Positions 39,099 to 48,602 of a stretch of 64,000 nt of DNA are shown here, in pieces (within the stretch, counting starts at the first letter, position 1; the number at the start of each line of letters is the position of its first letter). Under the pieces are notes generated by a model. The model was not told where the DNA came from and did no database searches. It saw only the letters and a program-made list of their open reading frames with translations. Both the position numbers and the translations under genes were made by a program. The stretch lies in the NCBI GenBank assembly GCA_041479905.1, contig JBGOYY010000002.1, positions 16,802 through 80,801 of the forward strand, given 5' to 3'. The DNA is from Candidatus Aminicenantia bacterium (GTDB lineage Bacteria > Acidobacteriota > Aminicenantia > Aminicenantales > Saccharicenantaceae).

Positions 39099-40492
39099 CC
39101 CTTGCCGGCCTTCGGCAAAGAAGCGGGGAGCGCCTCCTCGCGCGCGTAGACGACACCCACCTGCCGGAGCATCGTCTGGGCCTCGGCCTCCGGGATCTCC
39201 GATTTGACTTCGGCCGTGACGTCCCGGCCGACATAAAGCCGCTGGTTGAGCTCTTCGATGAGCGCGGTGATGCGGATGTAAACCTTGGCCGGGGCCTTGT
39301 CCAGGACGATGGTCACGTGGTTTTCGCGGATGACGACGAGCCGGACCTCCGGGAACTTGGCGATCTTCTTCGTGAACGCGGCCAGGCGCCGTTTTTTCCG
39401 GTTGCGGATGTACCGGTAAAAGAAGAGGGCTATAAAGGCCGGGCCGATGAGACCGCCCCAGTTGAAATTCGCGGCCACCAGAACAACGGCCAGGGCGACG
39501 GCCCCGGCCAGGATGGCCAGCCCCTTGTAGCCGCCTGGGAACGACGTCTTCAGCCAATCAGCCCAGTTGCGCAGGCGGGCGCCGGCGGGGAGTCTCGAGC
39601 TCGTCCCCGTCTCGAGGTCGAGTTTCAAATGCCGGAGGTCCGCCGCCAGGGCGTGGGCGTCGGGATAGCGGTCGTCCGGGTTCTTCCGGAGGCAACGGAA
39701 GACGATGCGGTGGAGCTCGGGTGTGAGGCTGCGGCGGACGATGGTCACCGGCCTAGCCTCTTCGTAGGCGATGGCGTGCATCGTGTCGAGAGGGGTCTCG
39801 CCTTTGAACGGCAGTTCGGACGTGACCATCTCATAGAGGACGGTGCCGAGGGAGAAGATGTCGCTGCGGCGGTCGAGCTCCTTGCCCCGGGCCTGCTCGG
39901 GGCTCATGTAGCTGAGCGTGCCCATGACCGCCCCGGGCATGGTGTGGGCCCGGCCGCGGGTCAGAGTTCGGTCGAGATCGGCGGGCGCCGCCGGCTCTAT
40001 CGCGCCGGGCTCGACGAGCTTGGCCAGGCCGAAATCGAGGAGCTTGGCGTGCCCGTCCCGCGTGACCATGATGTTGTCGGACTTGATGTCGCGGTGGAGG
40101 ATGCCCGCGTCGTGGGCCTTGGCCAGGCCCTCGGTGACTTGGAGAGCGATCTCGATCGCCCCCAGGAGGTCGAGCTCGCCGTCGGCGATGAGCCGGCTGA
40201 CGGTCCGGCCGTCGACGTATTCCATGGCGATGAACAGGTTCCCGTCGGCTTCGTCGATGTCGTAGACCTGGGCGATGGCCGGATGGGAGATGGCCGCGGC
40301 GGACCGGGCCTCGAGGAGGAGACGGCGCCGTCTCTCGGGGTTGGCGACGAGGCCGGGCGTGATCGTCTTGAGGGCCACCAGGCGGTCGAGGCGGGTGTCC
40401 CGGGCCCGGTAGACGACCCCCATGCCGCCCTTGCCGAGCTGGGCTTCGATCCGGTAATGCTTGAGAGTTGTTCCGACCATGCCTTTTATCAC
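39095..40492 (-). CDS. Ser/Thr protein kinase with two C-terminal TM helices (start 40492 or 40480)
   Basis: GKGGMG, HRDIKSDN, DFGLAK, YMSPEQ. Confidence 0.92.
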   Translation of the reverse strand: MIKGMVGTTLKHYRIEAQLGKGGMGVVYRARDTRLDRLVALKTITPGLVANPERRRRLLLEARSAAAISHPAIAQVYDIDEADGNLFIAMEYVDGRTVSRLIADGELDLLGAIEIALQVTEGLAKAHDAGILHRDIKSDNIMVTRDGHAKLLDFGLAKLVEPGAIEPAAPADLDRTLTRGRAHTMPGAVMGTLSYMSPEQARGKELDRRSDIFSLGTVLYEMVTSELPFKGETPLDTMHAIAYEEARPVTIVRRSLTPELHRIVFRCLRKNPDDRYPDAHALAADLRHLKLDLETGTSSRLPAGARLRNWADWLKTSFPGGYKGLAILAGAVALAVVLVAANFNWGGLIGPAFIALFFYRYIRNRKKRRLAAFTKKIAKFPEVRLVVIRENHVTIVLDKAPAKVYIRITALIEELNQRLYVGRDVTAEVKSEIPEAEAQTMLRQVGVVYAREEALPASLPKAGKG

Positions 40493-40599
40493 TAAATATC
40501 ATACGCGGGGACGGGGGTCAATCGTTCCGGGGGGCGCAAGATTGAAATGGACGCGTTTTTGGGATAAAAGGGAGGAATCTGCTCCTCGTGGAGGCGACG

Positions 40600-41634
40600 A
40601 TGAAGCTTTTCGGACATCTCGCCGACGGCACGGCCGTCGATATCTACACCCTGACCAATAAATCAGGGATCGAAGCCCGGGTCATGACCTACGGGGCGAT
40701 CCTGGTTTCCCTCCGCCTGCCGGACCGGAACGGCGCGTTCGTCGACGTCAACCTCGGCTTCGACAACCTCGAGGGATATCTCGGGACGCATCCTTATTTC
40801 GGGGTCATCGTCGGCCGGTACGCCAACCGGATCGCCAAGGGTCGGTTCACCCTCGACGGGATCGAATACACGCTGGCCCAAAACAACAACGGCAACAGTC
40901 TGCACGGCGGGCTCAAGGGCTTCGACAAGGTCGTCTGGAAACCCGAGCCGGTCCAAACCGCCGATGGCGTGGGCGTCAAGCTGACCTACCTGAGCAAAGA
41001 CATGGAGGAGGGCTATCCCGGCAATCTCTCAGTCACGGTCGTCTACATGCTGACGAACGCCGACGAGCTCAAGATCAGCTACGAAGCCGAGACCGACAAG
41101 AAGACGCCGGTCAATCTGACCAACCACGCCTACTGGAATTTCAAGGGGGAGGGGAACGGCGACGTCCTCGGCCACCTCGTCCGGCTCAAAGCCGAAAAGT
41201 ACACGGCCGTCGATTCAGCGGTGACCCTCATCCCGACAGGAGAGATCGTGGGTGTCGCCGGGACCCCGCTCGACTTCACGTCGTCTCACGCCATCGGGGA
41301 GCGGATCGCCCAGGTCGAAGGCGGCTACGACCACAATTTCGTCCTTCGCGGCGGCGGGGGAACGCTAGTCCTGGCCGCACGCGTCGAAGAGCCGGGGAGC
41401 GGCCGGGCGATGGAGATCTATACCGACCAGCCGGCCATCCAGCTTTACACGGGCAATTTCCTGGACGGAACAATCGTCGGTAAGGGCGGCAAGGCCTACC
41501 AAAAGCACTGCGCCTTCTGCCTCGAGACCCAGCATTTCCCCGATTCTCCGAACCACCCCAACTTCCCCTCGACCATCCTGGAGCCGGGGCGGAAATACCG
41601 CACCGTCACGTTACACAAGTTCTTCGTGAAATAG
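40600..41634 (+). CDS. galM: Aldose 1-epimerase (galactose mutarotase)
   Basis: GRYANRI, LHGG, NLTNHAY, GYDHNF, CLETQHFPD. Confidence 0.95.
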   Translation: MKLFGHLADGTAVDIYTLTNKSGIEARVMTYGAILVSLRLPDRNGAFVDVNLGFDNLEGYLGTHPYFGVIVGRYANRIAKGRFTLDGIEYTLAQNNNGNSLHGGLKGFDKVVWKPEPVQTADGVGVKLTYLSKDMEEGYPGNLSVTVVYMLTNADELKISYEAETDKKTPVNLTNHAYWNFKGEGNGDVLGHLVRLKAEKYTAVDSAVTLIPTGEIVGVAGTPLDFTSSHAIGERIAQVEGGYDHNFVLRGGGGTLVLAARVEEPGSGRAMEIYTDQPAIQLYTGNFLDGTIVGKGGKAYQKHCAFCLETQHFPDSPNHPNFPSTILEPGRKYRTVTLHKFFVK

Positions 41635-41654
41635 TAAGGGCCCGGGCCGCGCTC

Positions 41655-41749
41655 AGCGGAAGAGTGGGGCAGCGAAGGGGGACATCACCCCTTGGTAGGT
41701 GTCCCCCGAGCAGCGCCGATTCTCCGCTCTGGTTAGCGGAGAATCGGTG
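41655..41749. terminator. Palindromic region between convergent genes; probable terminator/REP-like element
   Basis: GGGGGACA/TGTCCCCC stem and a 15-bp stem 41714-41728/41735-41749 overlapping the SpoIIM-like stop; shares CCCCGAGCAGCG with 5455-5466. Confidence 0.55.
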
Positions 41750-42383
41750 TGATGAAGCCCTCGATGAACGCGGCCACGAGCAGGAGCGGCAGGACGACGA
41801 GGAGAAACGAGCGGAAGACGGTTCTGGCCAGGCTCTCGGGCTCGACGGCCACCTCGGCCGGCGGCTCGTTCGTCCTCTTGTTCCATGCGGCGACGGCCTT
41901 CTTCCCCATACCCGCCGAAAGATAGAGGCCGAGGCTCGTCGTGTAGAGGACGGCGGTGAGCTCGAAAATGCCGTGGGGGAGGATCTTGGTCAGGACGAGC
42001 CGGGGGACGTCGAGGCCCTGGTGTTTCGTGACGGAGACGAGAAGACCCAGGACGCCGCCGTTGAGGAGCGGGTCGAGGATGGGCAGAAAGAGGAAAGGGA
42101 TGACGCCCGCCGTTACGGCGACAACGGAGGCGCGGGCGTTATGATAGAAGAGAGTCAATGCCAGGACGAGCGGCGAGCCCTGGAGCTTGATGTCCTTGAG
42201 CGACCGGAGCACGAATTCCAGGGCCTTTTTTTCCTGGTCCGGCCTCAGCATGAAATAGACGAAGCCGATGACGAAGCCCGCGCCGAGGGCCCGCGCGGCG
42301 TACTTGAAATACTTCCTGTAGTGCTTGCGCCAAGCGTCCCGTTCTTCGGAGTAAAGACGTTTGATTGTTTCAAACGGGTGCAT
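41733..42383 (-). CDS. SpoIIM (DUF95) family membrane protein
   Basis: LFYHN, NGGVLG, LPHGIFE, AAFIEGFITP. Confidence 0.9.
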   Translation of the reverse strand: MHPFETIKRLYSEERDAWRKHYRKYFKYAARALGAGFVIGFVYFMLRPDQEKKALEFVLRSLKDIKLQGSPLVLALTLFYHNARASVVAVTAGVIPFLFLPILDPLLNGGVLGLLVSVTKHQGLDVPRLVLTKILPHGIFELTAVLYTTSLGLYLSAGMGKKAVAAWNKRTNEPPAEVAVEPESLARTVFRSFLLVVLPLLLVAAFIEGFITPILR

Positions 42384-42443
42384 CTATGAAGCTTATATTC
42401 TGATAAGAAGATTCCGATAGTAGATTAATCTGGCCATCCCAAA

Positions 42444-44126
42444 TCATCTTATTGGCCAGGCCTTCAGGGCTAAATCAGCTAAATGAGCTTGACGATCCTC
42501 AATACTACGTCGATCCCATCTTGAATACTTTGCCAGAGATTGTGTTAGTCTGAATTCGGACTTTGCATAGAGTTTTTTCTTGAAAGCGAATCCATCGTTA
42601 CCGGCTTTTGCATTGATTCTTGTTGTCATCAAGGCTAGATTACCAAGCTTATCGAAGAGGAGCGTTTGTTCCTCCTCCGGAAAATGCGACCAAATAGATG
42701 AGGGATTTTGGGGGAGGATATGCTCTAGATTGATGACTTCGGAATTGTCATTTGGGACGAGTTCCGCGCCAGGCAAATCCCCTTCTTGTTGTTCAAGTGC
42801 GCGGAGGTAGTAGCGTGCGAGGAAAGCCTTGGAAACAGAGGCGGATAGGAGAGCAGTTCGGAATTTGGCATCCGTGGGAATGACCGACTTGAGGTAACCA
42901 AAGAGCTTGGCAGCCGTTGTGATCTTTCCCTCTCGGATAGCTTTGGCGGCCTGGCTATAATTTGTCTCTATCGCACCCGTCCCTAGTCCGCCGTGAATAA
43001 GAAATCGAACTGACCAAGACAGCATATTCTTGATTGCGATTTTGGCTTCTGCTTCTTTAAATGTACTTAGCACAGACAAGATGAGAGGGCGGATCTGGAT
43101 CATTCTGAGGATATTAAGCATTTCCATGTGCTTTCTACACGTATCCCCATATTTGCTCCAAAAAGCCTCAGCGGTATTTACGATTGCTACGTATATTTGT
43201 GCATTCTGTTCGAGTTCTTTAGCGAAATCGACCGCAAGTGACAGGTTGCTGACCCGCTTTTTTATATCTGCATATAGTTCCTTCTCCCGGACCAGCCCAA
43301 AACGTGATGACCAATAGTGGCGCAAAAAAGTGAGGAGAATGTTCTCCTCGTCGGCTCCTTCAAGGACACTAACCGTGCTAATCCATGCCATCTGGACTTC
43401 GCTAAGTCTAGCCCCAGATAGTCCGAATAAGTGATTTTTTAGAAGATCCGTAATAGCTAGTGATAAACCACGGTCATTGAGAGTTTCAAAAATCATAAAT
43501 GCATTGGTATCATCAGGGACTCGTACCCAAATAACCTTCACGGAGTCCGATAAATAGGTGACAAGGTCTACGAGCTTATCTGTCGCATTAGGTGCTGCCG
43601 CAATATATTTAATATGCTTTTTTGCTAAAGCTGCCGCATTGTCTATCCGAAAATGAGATTTATTGGCAGGGCTTTCCTCGCGCTTCGGAGAATCTGGAGG
43701 TAGCAAAACTCGGCCCGCAAAGTAGTTGTTATCGATATCATTAAGCTTCATTTTCGGAATAGGAGTAAGGGTTTTAAGTTCTCTTTTGTGAAGATAATCT
43801 GAAGTGATTAAATCGGCATGTCCTCTGTCGCCTTTTTCATAAAAATAATCTCGTATAGCGGCAAGCAATATTGTGATCGTCGCGAGTCGCTGTTGACCGT
43901 CAGCAATTTCAACTCGTGCAGCTTGATTATTGGTCGTTACGATCGAACCAATAAAATATTCCGGTGCACCCGCCTTCATAGCGGTTGCGATATCATTAAA
44001 CAAGTCAGTTACATGCTCATCTTCCCACGCATAGGAACGTTGGTAGATAGGGACACTCACATTGCAATTGATAAGAATTCTGCCCACGCCTTCAAGGCTA
44101 ATTTCGATTTTTGAAGTGGACGTCAT
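42444..44126 (-). CDS. DUF262 + DUF1524 (HNH) protein, GmrSD/SspE-like
   Basis: VPIYQRSYAW, DGQQR, FETLNDRG; LEHILPQ...LGNLAL...IN. Confidence 0.9.
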   Translation of the reverse strand: MTSTSKIEISLEGVGRILINCNVSVPIYQRSYAWEDEHVTDLFNDIATAMKAGAPEYFIGSIVTTNNQAARVEIADGQQRLATITILLAAIRDYFYEKGDRGHADLITSDYLHKRELKTLTPIPKMKLNDIDNNYFAGRVLLPPDSPKREESPANKSHFRIDNAAALAKKHIKYIAAAPNATDKLVDLVTYLSDSVKVIWVRVPDDTNAFMIFETLNDRGLSLAITDLLKNHLFGLSGARLSEVQMAWISTVSVLEGADEENILLTFLRHYWSSRFGLVREKELYADIKKRVSNLSLAVDFAKELEQNAQIYVAIVNTAEAFWSKYGDTCRKHMEMLNILRMIQIRPLILSVLSTFKEAEAKIAIKNMLSWSVRFLIHGGLGTGAIETNYSQAAKAIREGKITTAAKLFGYLKSVIPTDAKFRTALLSASVSKAFLARYYLRALEQQEGDLPGAELVPNDNSEVINLEHILPQNPSSIWSHFPEEEQTLLFDKLGNLALMTTRINAKAGNDGFAFKKKLYAKSEFRLTQSLAKYSRWDRRSIEDRQAHLADLALKAWPIR

Positions 44127-44238
44127 TTTGCTTTCTCCCAATAAGATGAAGACTCGATATTGAACTTGGGCTCATTCGCAACGAGAGTCCAATGATCCCG
44201 GTGTTTCATTTAGCTACAGGGAATAATGAATAAATAGT

Positions 44239-45276
44239 TTATCCTTGCTTAGTTCGAAATTCATGAAGGCGGGTATTGTCGATCATGCTTCCGAGTGTTT
44301 TTATTGTAAAAACCTTGCCCCTTGTGGACAGTATCATTTTTTTCATGTCTTCCCGACGTACACCAAAGCCGCGGCCGCCGATACAGGCTATAACCTCGTA
44401 TTTGGGCTTGTTCTTAGGGCGTCCTGCAACGCTGAGTTCGCCAAGATGTTGAATGCGTGTCACTTTGTCTCTGGCCGTGCCGTCATCTTCTGTAATTTTT
44501 GCTTCGATAATAATCTGTGGATTAAATTCGCTGGGAATAATGAAATCGGGCGATTGGTCAAATCCCTCGATCCTTTCCGCGCGTTTCGTTTTGCGGAAGC
44601 TTATTCCAGCTTTCGCAAGAATATCCTCTATGGCCGACTCAAGACTATCTCCTACTAACTCGCTGACGGAATCCCGGTGCCCGGCAAACGGTCGGCCCAA
44701 GAAACGCTCATAAAGGAGCATAGCATAAGGCGCGCCCATCGCTGAGAGATTCTCGATGCTCTCAATCCCCTGCTTTGTATCTGCCTTATCCAGTCGATGC
44801 AATTGGTCCTTTTCTACCTCTGGCACACTTGCAGATAACATCTGAAATGCAGTTTCTAATAATGCTTCTACGCGTTTCTTTGATATTCCGGTTAGCTTCA
44901 TAGGCTTATCCGGGGACATCCTTATTCTCCGGTCGAGAGACCGAACAAAACCCTGAGGTATTTTCAAATCTGTACGCTGGGTCGTTACATATCCCCACTC
45001 GGGTGGGGTGAAACCGAGCATTGTACGCAAGACAATAATTGAAATCGGTTGTGATTCAATAAAGGGAAAAATCCTCTCCAGCTTGAGCTTGGAAAAACCG
45101 GCAGTTGATGATTTAAGAACTTCATAACCACGCTCGAAGATTGGATATTCAATAAAGCCCACGCCTTTTGGCATCACTAAGAATTCCGATTCTAAACTTG
45201 AAAAGATGGCATCTACAAACAGGTCTGGATTCCGCTCAATTTCTTCAAATGATGACTTAAAAGGATACATAGTCAT
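44239..45276 (-). CDS. Putative PD-(D/E)xK restriction endonuclease
   Basis: GDSLE...SPDFIIP...IIEAK motif; overlaps the methyltransferase 3' end; RBS GGAG. Confidence 0.7.
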   Translation of the reverse strand: MTMYPFKSSFEEIERNPDLFVDAIFSSLESEFLVMPKGVGFIEYPIFERGYEVLKSSTAGFSKLKLERIFPFIESQPISIIVLRTMLGFTPPEWGYVTTQRTDLKIPQGFVRSLDRRIRMSPDKPMKLTGISKKRVEALLETAFQMLSASVPEVEKDQLHRLDKADTKQGIESIENLSAMGAPYAMLLYERFLGRPFAGHRDSVSELVGDSLESAIEDILAKAGISFRKTKRAERIEGFDQSPDFIIPSEFNPQIIIEAKITEDDGTARDKVTRIQHLGELSVAGRPKNKPKYEVIACIGGRGFGVRREDMKKMILSTRGKVFTIKTLGSMIDNTRLHEFRTKQG

Positions 45277-47470
45277 GGAGTTCTCCATAGCCTTTGACAG
45301 GTTCATTGAGAATTAGCGGCAAGTCCTCTCCTGTATACGAGAAATCTCCGGCATGAATTAGCCTTTCTACTTCGGGCCAGCCACCTATCTTCTGAATCCA
45401 AACATTCACTCTGCGCATTCGGCTAGCAATGTCCTCATGCCGGTCCCATTCTTTACGTAATGACCAGATGGCGAGGCGTATAAGATGTCCGTAGGCTATG
45501 CACCTGGTGTCGCCGGGCGAGGGCCTAATATCACCAGCTTTAAGGTGTTTAAGATCTTCCATGACGAGTTGCGCTATCCCATAAGCCGAATCGGCAAGCC
45601 ATTTTTTATGCATCAAGCCAGCCGACCGGCAGACGAAGATGGTATCAATTATCGATGAACCCGTGCCCTTAATATGAATGGAAGCTCCCATCTCCGCCGG
45701 ACAAGGAAGGGAGGCAGAACATGCCAATCCAGCGTCCAATATGGCAACTGCGATCGGAAGATATGCCGTTAATTCGTTATGATGATATGTAAAGGCAAGG
45801 GGAGAACCCGGCTTTAGTCCGAATGCCATACTGCGAAAAACAGCTGAGAGTCCCTCAGCGAAATGATCTATGCCTCTTCCCATATCGTCATTGCCGGTCA
45901 ACTCTTGAGGATTTCGAGTTGATGGCTTTTGGAATGCGGGAGTAGTATCTCCAATCAAACGACGAAGCCATACATAACAAAAATCCATTAACTCTGCATA
46001 TTGTACGTTACTAAAATAAGGAGGATCGGTAAAGACTGCATCGAGCGAAGCTGGAGGGATATCAGCTTTTGATGCATCTTCGCACCGTAGATCAACGATC
46101 CTCCCGGAATTGACGCTTTCCCCATTCAAGCGGTCCCCAATCCATTCACCGCTGATAGGAACGACTTTCTTTGTCCGTCCGGTGTGTTTTATCTCAAATG
46201 GGCTGTCACAATAAGCTTTGGCTTTACGAAATTTTTCAATGATATTTGCCCATCCTCCGCTTCCAATACACACATTTTTATTATTATCGATTATTCCTAA
46301 TAAATTAGACTCGCATTGGATGAGACCAATAGGGAACCCATGAACAGAAAAAATATCAAGGGACTTTAGGGCCATCGTATCATATCGGCATAGCATATTT
46401 TGATATCGCAATAAATCGGAAAGATTGGTCGCGAGGGCGTTGCGCAGACGTTCACTTGGTATGCCGGAGATCAAGCGCGCGGACAGCTCCAGGCCAAGCA
46501 ACTGTCTTGAATTGAACATCTCATGATAGCTGCGATAACCCCAGCGATGTAAACGGTTCGTTTCATCCCCGGTGGGTATCTGCTCTTCGGGGACAAGCGT
46601 TGGTTCTATCTTAGCCCATCTCTGTGAAGATTCTTCAATCCGGGAGATATCCGTTGAATCTGGTGCTTTGAAATATCGGCCAACATGCTTATTCTTACAA
46701 AACGAACAGTAATATTCTATTGCGAAGAGCCTATGAAGGGGCGCCCCAAGCGTCGCATTTGGATACTCGTTAATAGTCCCGCAAGTCTTACAAGCGCATC
46801 GATTACGCTTAGCTGGCCCATCAGGAGAAAGACGTGTATGGCAGCTTCGGCAGAGGCCGGGATTATGTCTATCTATGGTTTCAGTCAACTGTCCACACGA
46901 CGGACAAACGAATACGTTCATTGGGTGACGTGTATTATCGGCAAGTAAATAGCCAGGGAAAAGATCAATTTTAGCCTGGCAATTTTTGCATGGAATATGT
47001 TTTACCCAAAGAAAATATTTAACGTCTGCGTTGTCTGCGCCACAAACTTCGCAAGTGGTCTTATAAAGCTGTCCAACCTCGTTCGAAATGCTTCTTCTTA
47101 AAGAATCAGCTGCCTTGATATAAGCCTTAAGATCGAGATGTTCAATTTCTTGCTTAACAATCCAATAGGCCATCGGGTTGATATCAAAGCCAAGGACATC
47201 ACAGTCCATCCGATTCGCCTCTAAAAGCGGGGTTCCACCGCCCATGAATGGGTCCGCAATTCGTATCCCTTTGAAATGGTTAGCGCGATAAAATGATTCT
47301 CGAATGGGAACTTCCGAAAATTCCGCTAGGAGCAGCCCACGAAACAACGTTCCGGGGCGACGGGCAAACCATTTATGAACGGCAATAATCGGGCGATACT
47401 CTTGTTGGATTTGTTTCTCTCTTAAGGCAAGATCCGCAATAAATTGAATATCGAAATTGTTTTCTATCAT
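45257..47470 (-). CDS. Amino-type DNA methyltransferase with Zn ribbons (DUF1156-like)
   Basis: HKWFARRP, DPFMGGGT (motif I), six CxxC pairs, TDPPY (motif IV). Confidence 0.88.
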   Translation of the reverse strand: MIENNFDIQFIADLALREKQIQQEYRPIIAVHKWFARRPGTLFRGLLLAEFSEVPIRESFYRANHFKGIRIADPFMGGGTPLLEANRMDCDVLGFDINPMAYWIVKQEIEHLDLKAYIKAADSLRRSISNEVGQLYKTTCEVCGADNADVKYFLWVKHIPCKNCQAKIDLFPGYLLADNTRHPMNVFVCPSCGQLTETIDRHNPGLCRSCHTRLSPDGPAKRNRCACKTCGTINEYPNATLGAPLHRLFAIEYYCSFCKNKHVGRYFKAPDSTDISRIEESSQRWAKIEPTLVPEEQIPTGDETNRLHRWGYRSYHEMFNSRQLLGLELSARLISGIPSERLRNALATNLSDLLRYQNMLCRYDTMALKSLDIFSVHGFPIGLIQCESNLLGIIDNNKNVCIGSGGWANIIEKFRKAKAYCDSPFEIKHTGRTKKVVPISGEWIGDRLNGESVNSGRIVDLRCEDASKADIPPASLDAVFTDPPYFSNVQYAELMDFCYVWLRRLIGDTTPAFQKPSTRNPQELTGNDDMGRGIDHFAEGLSAVFRSMAFGLKPGSPLAFTYHHNELTAYLPIAVAILDAGLACSASLPCPAEMGASIHIKGTGSSIIDTIFVCRSAGLMHKKWLADSAYGIAQLVMEDLKHLKAGDIRPSPGDTRCIAYGHLIRLAIWSLRKEWDRHEDIASRMRRVNVWIQKIGGWPEVERLIHAGDFSYTGEDLPLILNEPVKGYGELHDYVSF

Positions 47471-47664
47471 GTCTTCAATAATAATGACGTTTTTAGAAAT
47501 AAATTACTATCATTCTATAACATATTCCCCGACTGGTGGAATGGTAGTCTCCTAGTGCTTTTTACCAACTGGAATGCATATATTAAGTGTATTATATATC
47601 AATAAGATACGTAGCGGGTGGGGGACATTTAATTTTTTCAGAGTGCGCGAATGCCGGTAGTGTC

Positions 47665-48483
47665 CTAATTTAAATCTAACAGATCGCCGACGGCCCAAGG
47701 TTCCCGCGTGATTCCAGCCTCCATGGCGGGGGTAACCCTCAAGCTACTGTGTATCCTGACAAAGTTGTAATGGGCAAAGTGTGGGGCGACAGCCGCCTTA
47801 AGGTTCTCCAGCTTCTTGCTAAATGCGTTAGTTAGGCGGGTGAAGCGGCGCATCTGCATACGCATAGTTAGGTTCTGGCGCTCAACATAGGATGTAGATA
47901 TTCGCTCAATTCGCGGCTGGCCGGTTATGACAAATCGATCAGCCGCGATAACCATTGGCGGGGAATACCGCCCGGGCCCAATGGCCTCACCTTCAAAAGT
48001 TTTTACGATTTGCCCATAATCAACGCCTGCCCCGAAGGACAATTCCACGGCCTCGACATAGGCAGAGAGAGAATCGCTTGATAATTGAACGAGGTTATTC
48101 ACCCGGCCCGATAGATCGGCCAGAAAATCATAAGCCGTCGGCAAGTCTCGCTTGCCGATTTTATATGATGGAATCAACTTGCTTTCTGCATCTATCGCCA
48201 CAAAAACCCATTGGTCGCCCAAGACAGAATGATCATCGGTCTTTTTTAGGTGCCGCTGCTTTTTCCCGACATAGCACCAAATCTCATCTAACTCAATATA
48301 CTTGCATGGCAGATCGCGCATGGTTTCATCTAAAAGCCGCTCACAATTCTGCCCAACTCGGAGCATTAAACGCATAATTGTATCTCGATGGATTCCCGTC
48401 ATACGCTCAACCGAACGAATAGACGAACCTTCAACCAGAGCGGAGATTGCCATTTCCTGTTTTTCTTGGCATAGAACGTTCAT
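47665..48483 (-). CDS. IS1-family DDE transposase, single ORF, no Zn finger
   Basis: HTH (SIRSVERMTGIHRDTIMR), ELDEIW, SSDSLSAY, YVERQNLTMR, AFSKK, HYN; stop lies inside the left inverted repeat. Confidence 0.9.
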   Translation of the reverse strand: MNVLCQEKQEMAISALVEGSSIRSVERMTGIHRDTIMRLMLRVGQNCERLLDETMRDLPCKYIELDEIWCYVGKKQRHLKKTDDHSVLGDQWVFVAIDAESKLIPSYKIGKRDLPTAYDFLADLSGRVNNLVQLSSDSLSAYVEAVELSFGAGVDYGQIVKTFEGEAIGPGRYSPPMVIAADRFVITGQPRIERISTSYVERQNLTMRMQMRRFTRLTNAFSKKLENLKAAVAPHFAHYNFVRIHSSLRVTPAMEAGITREPWAVGDLLDLN

Positions 48484-48531
48484 TTTTGTGTCCCCATTGA
48501 CAAAGAGCTTAACCGATGTGATAGAATGCAA

Positions 48532-48602
48532 GGGTGGAGGCAGGGGGAATCGGACCCCCACGGCGAGATGTAAAGGCTAGCCTGGGCACCAGCCCTGCCC
48601 CC
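48532..48602 (-). ncRNA. Compact tRNA-like sequence with alanine identity
   Basis: Acceptor GGGGGCA/TGCCTCC with G3:U70 and discriminator A, followed by CCC; T arm GGGGG-TCCGATT-CCCCC; short arm GGGC-TGGT-GCCC; imperfect anticodon-like arm. Confidence 0.65.

Noticed and set aside
41733-42383. Sporulation inferred from the SpoIIM-family gene
   Set aside because: The family is widespread in non-sporulating prokaryotes.
42410-42435. IS-like end at the left island border making a composite transposon
   Set aside because: Only about 9 of 14 matches in AT-rich DNA and no target duplication.
48532-48602. Calling the tRNA-like sequence a real tRNA, an ochre suppressor or tmRNA
   Set aside because: No canonical D arm or U8, an ambiguous 9-nt loop, no CCA and no tag reading frame; kept only as tRNA-like.
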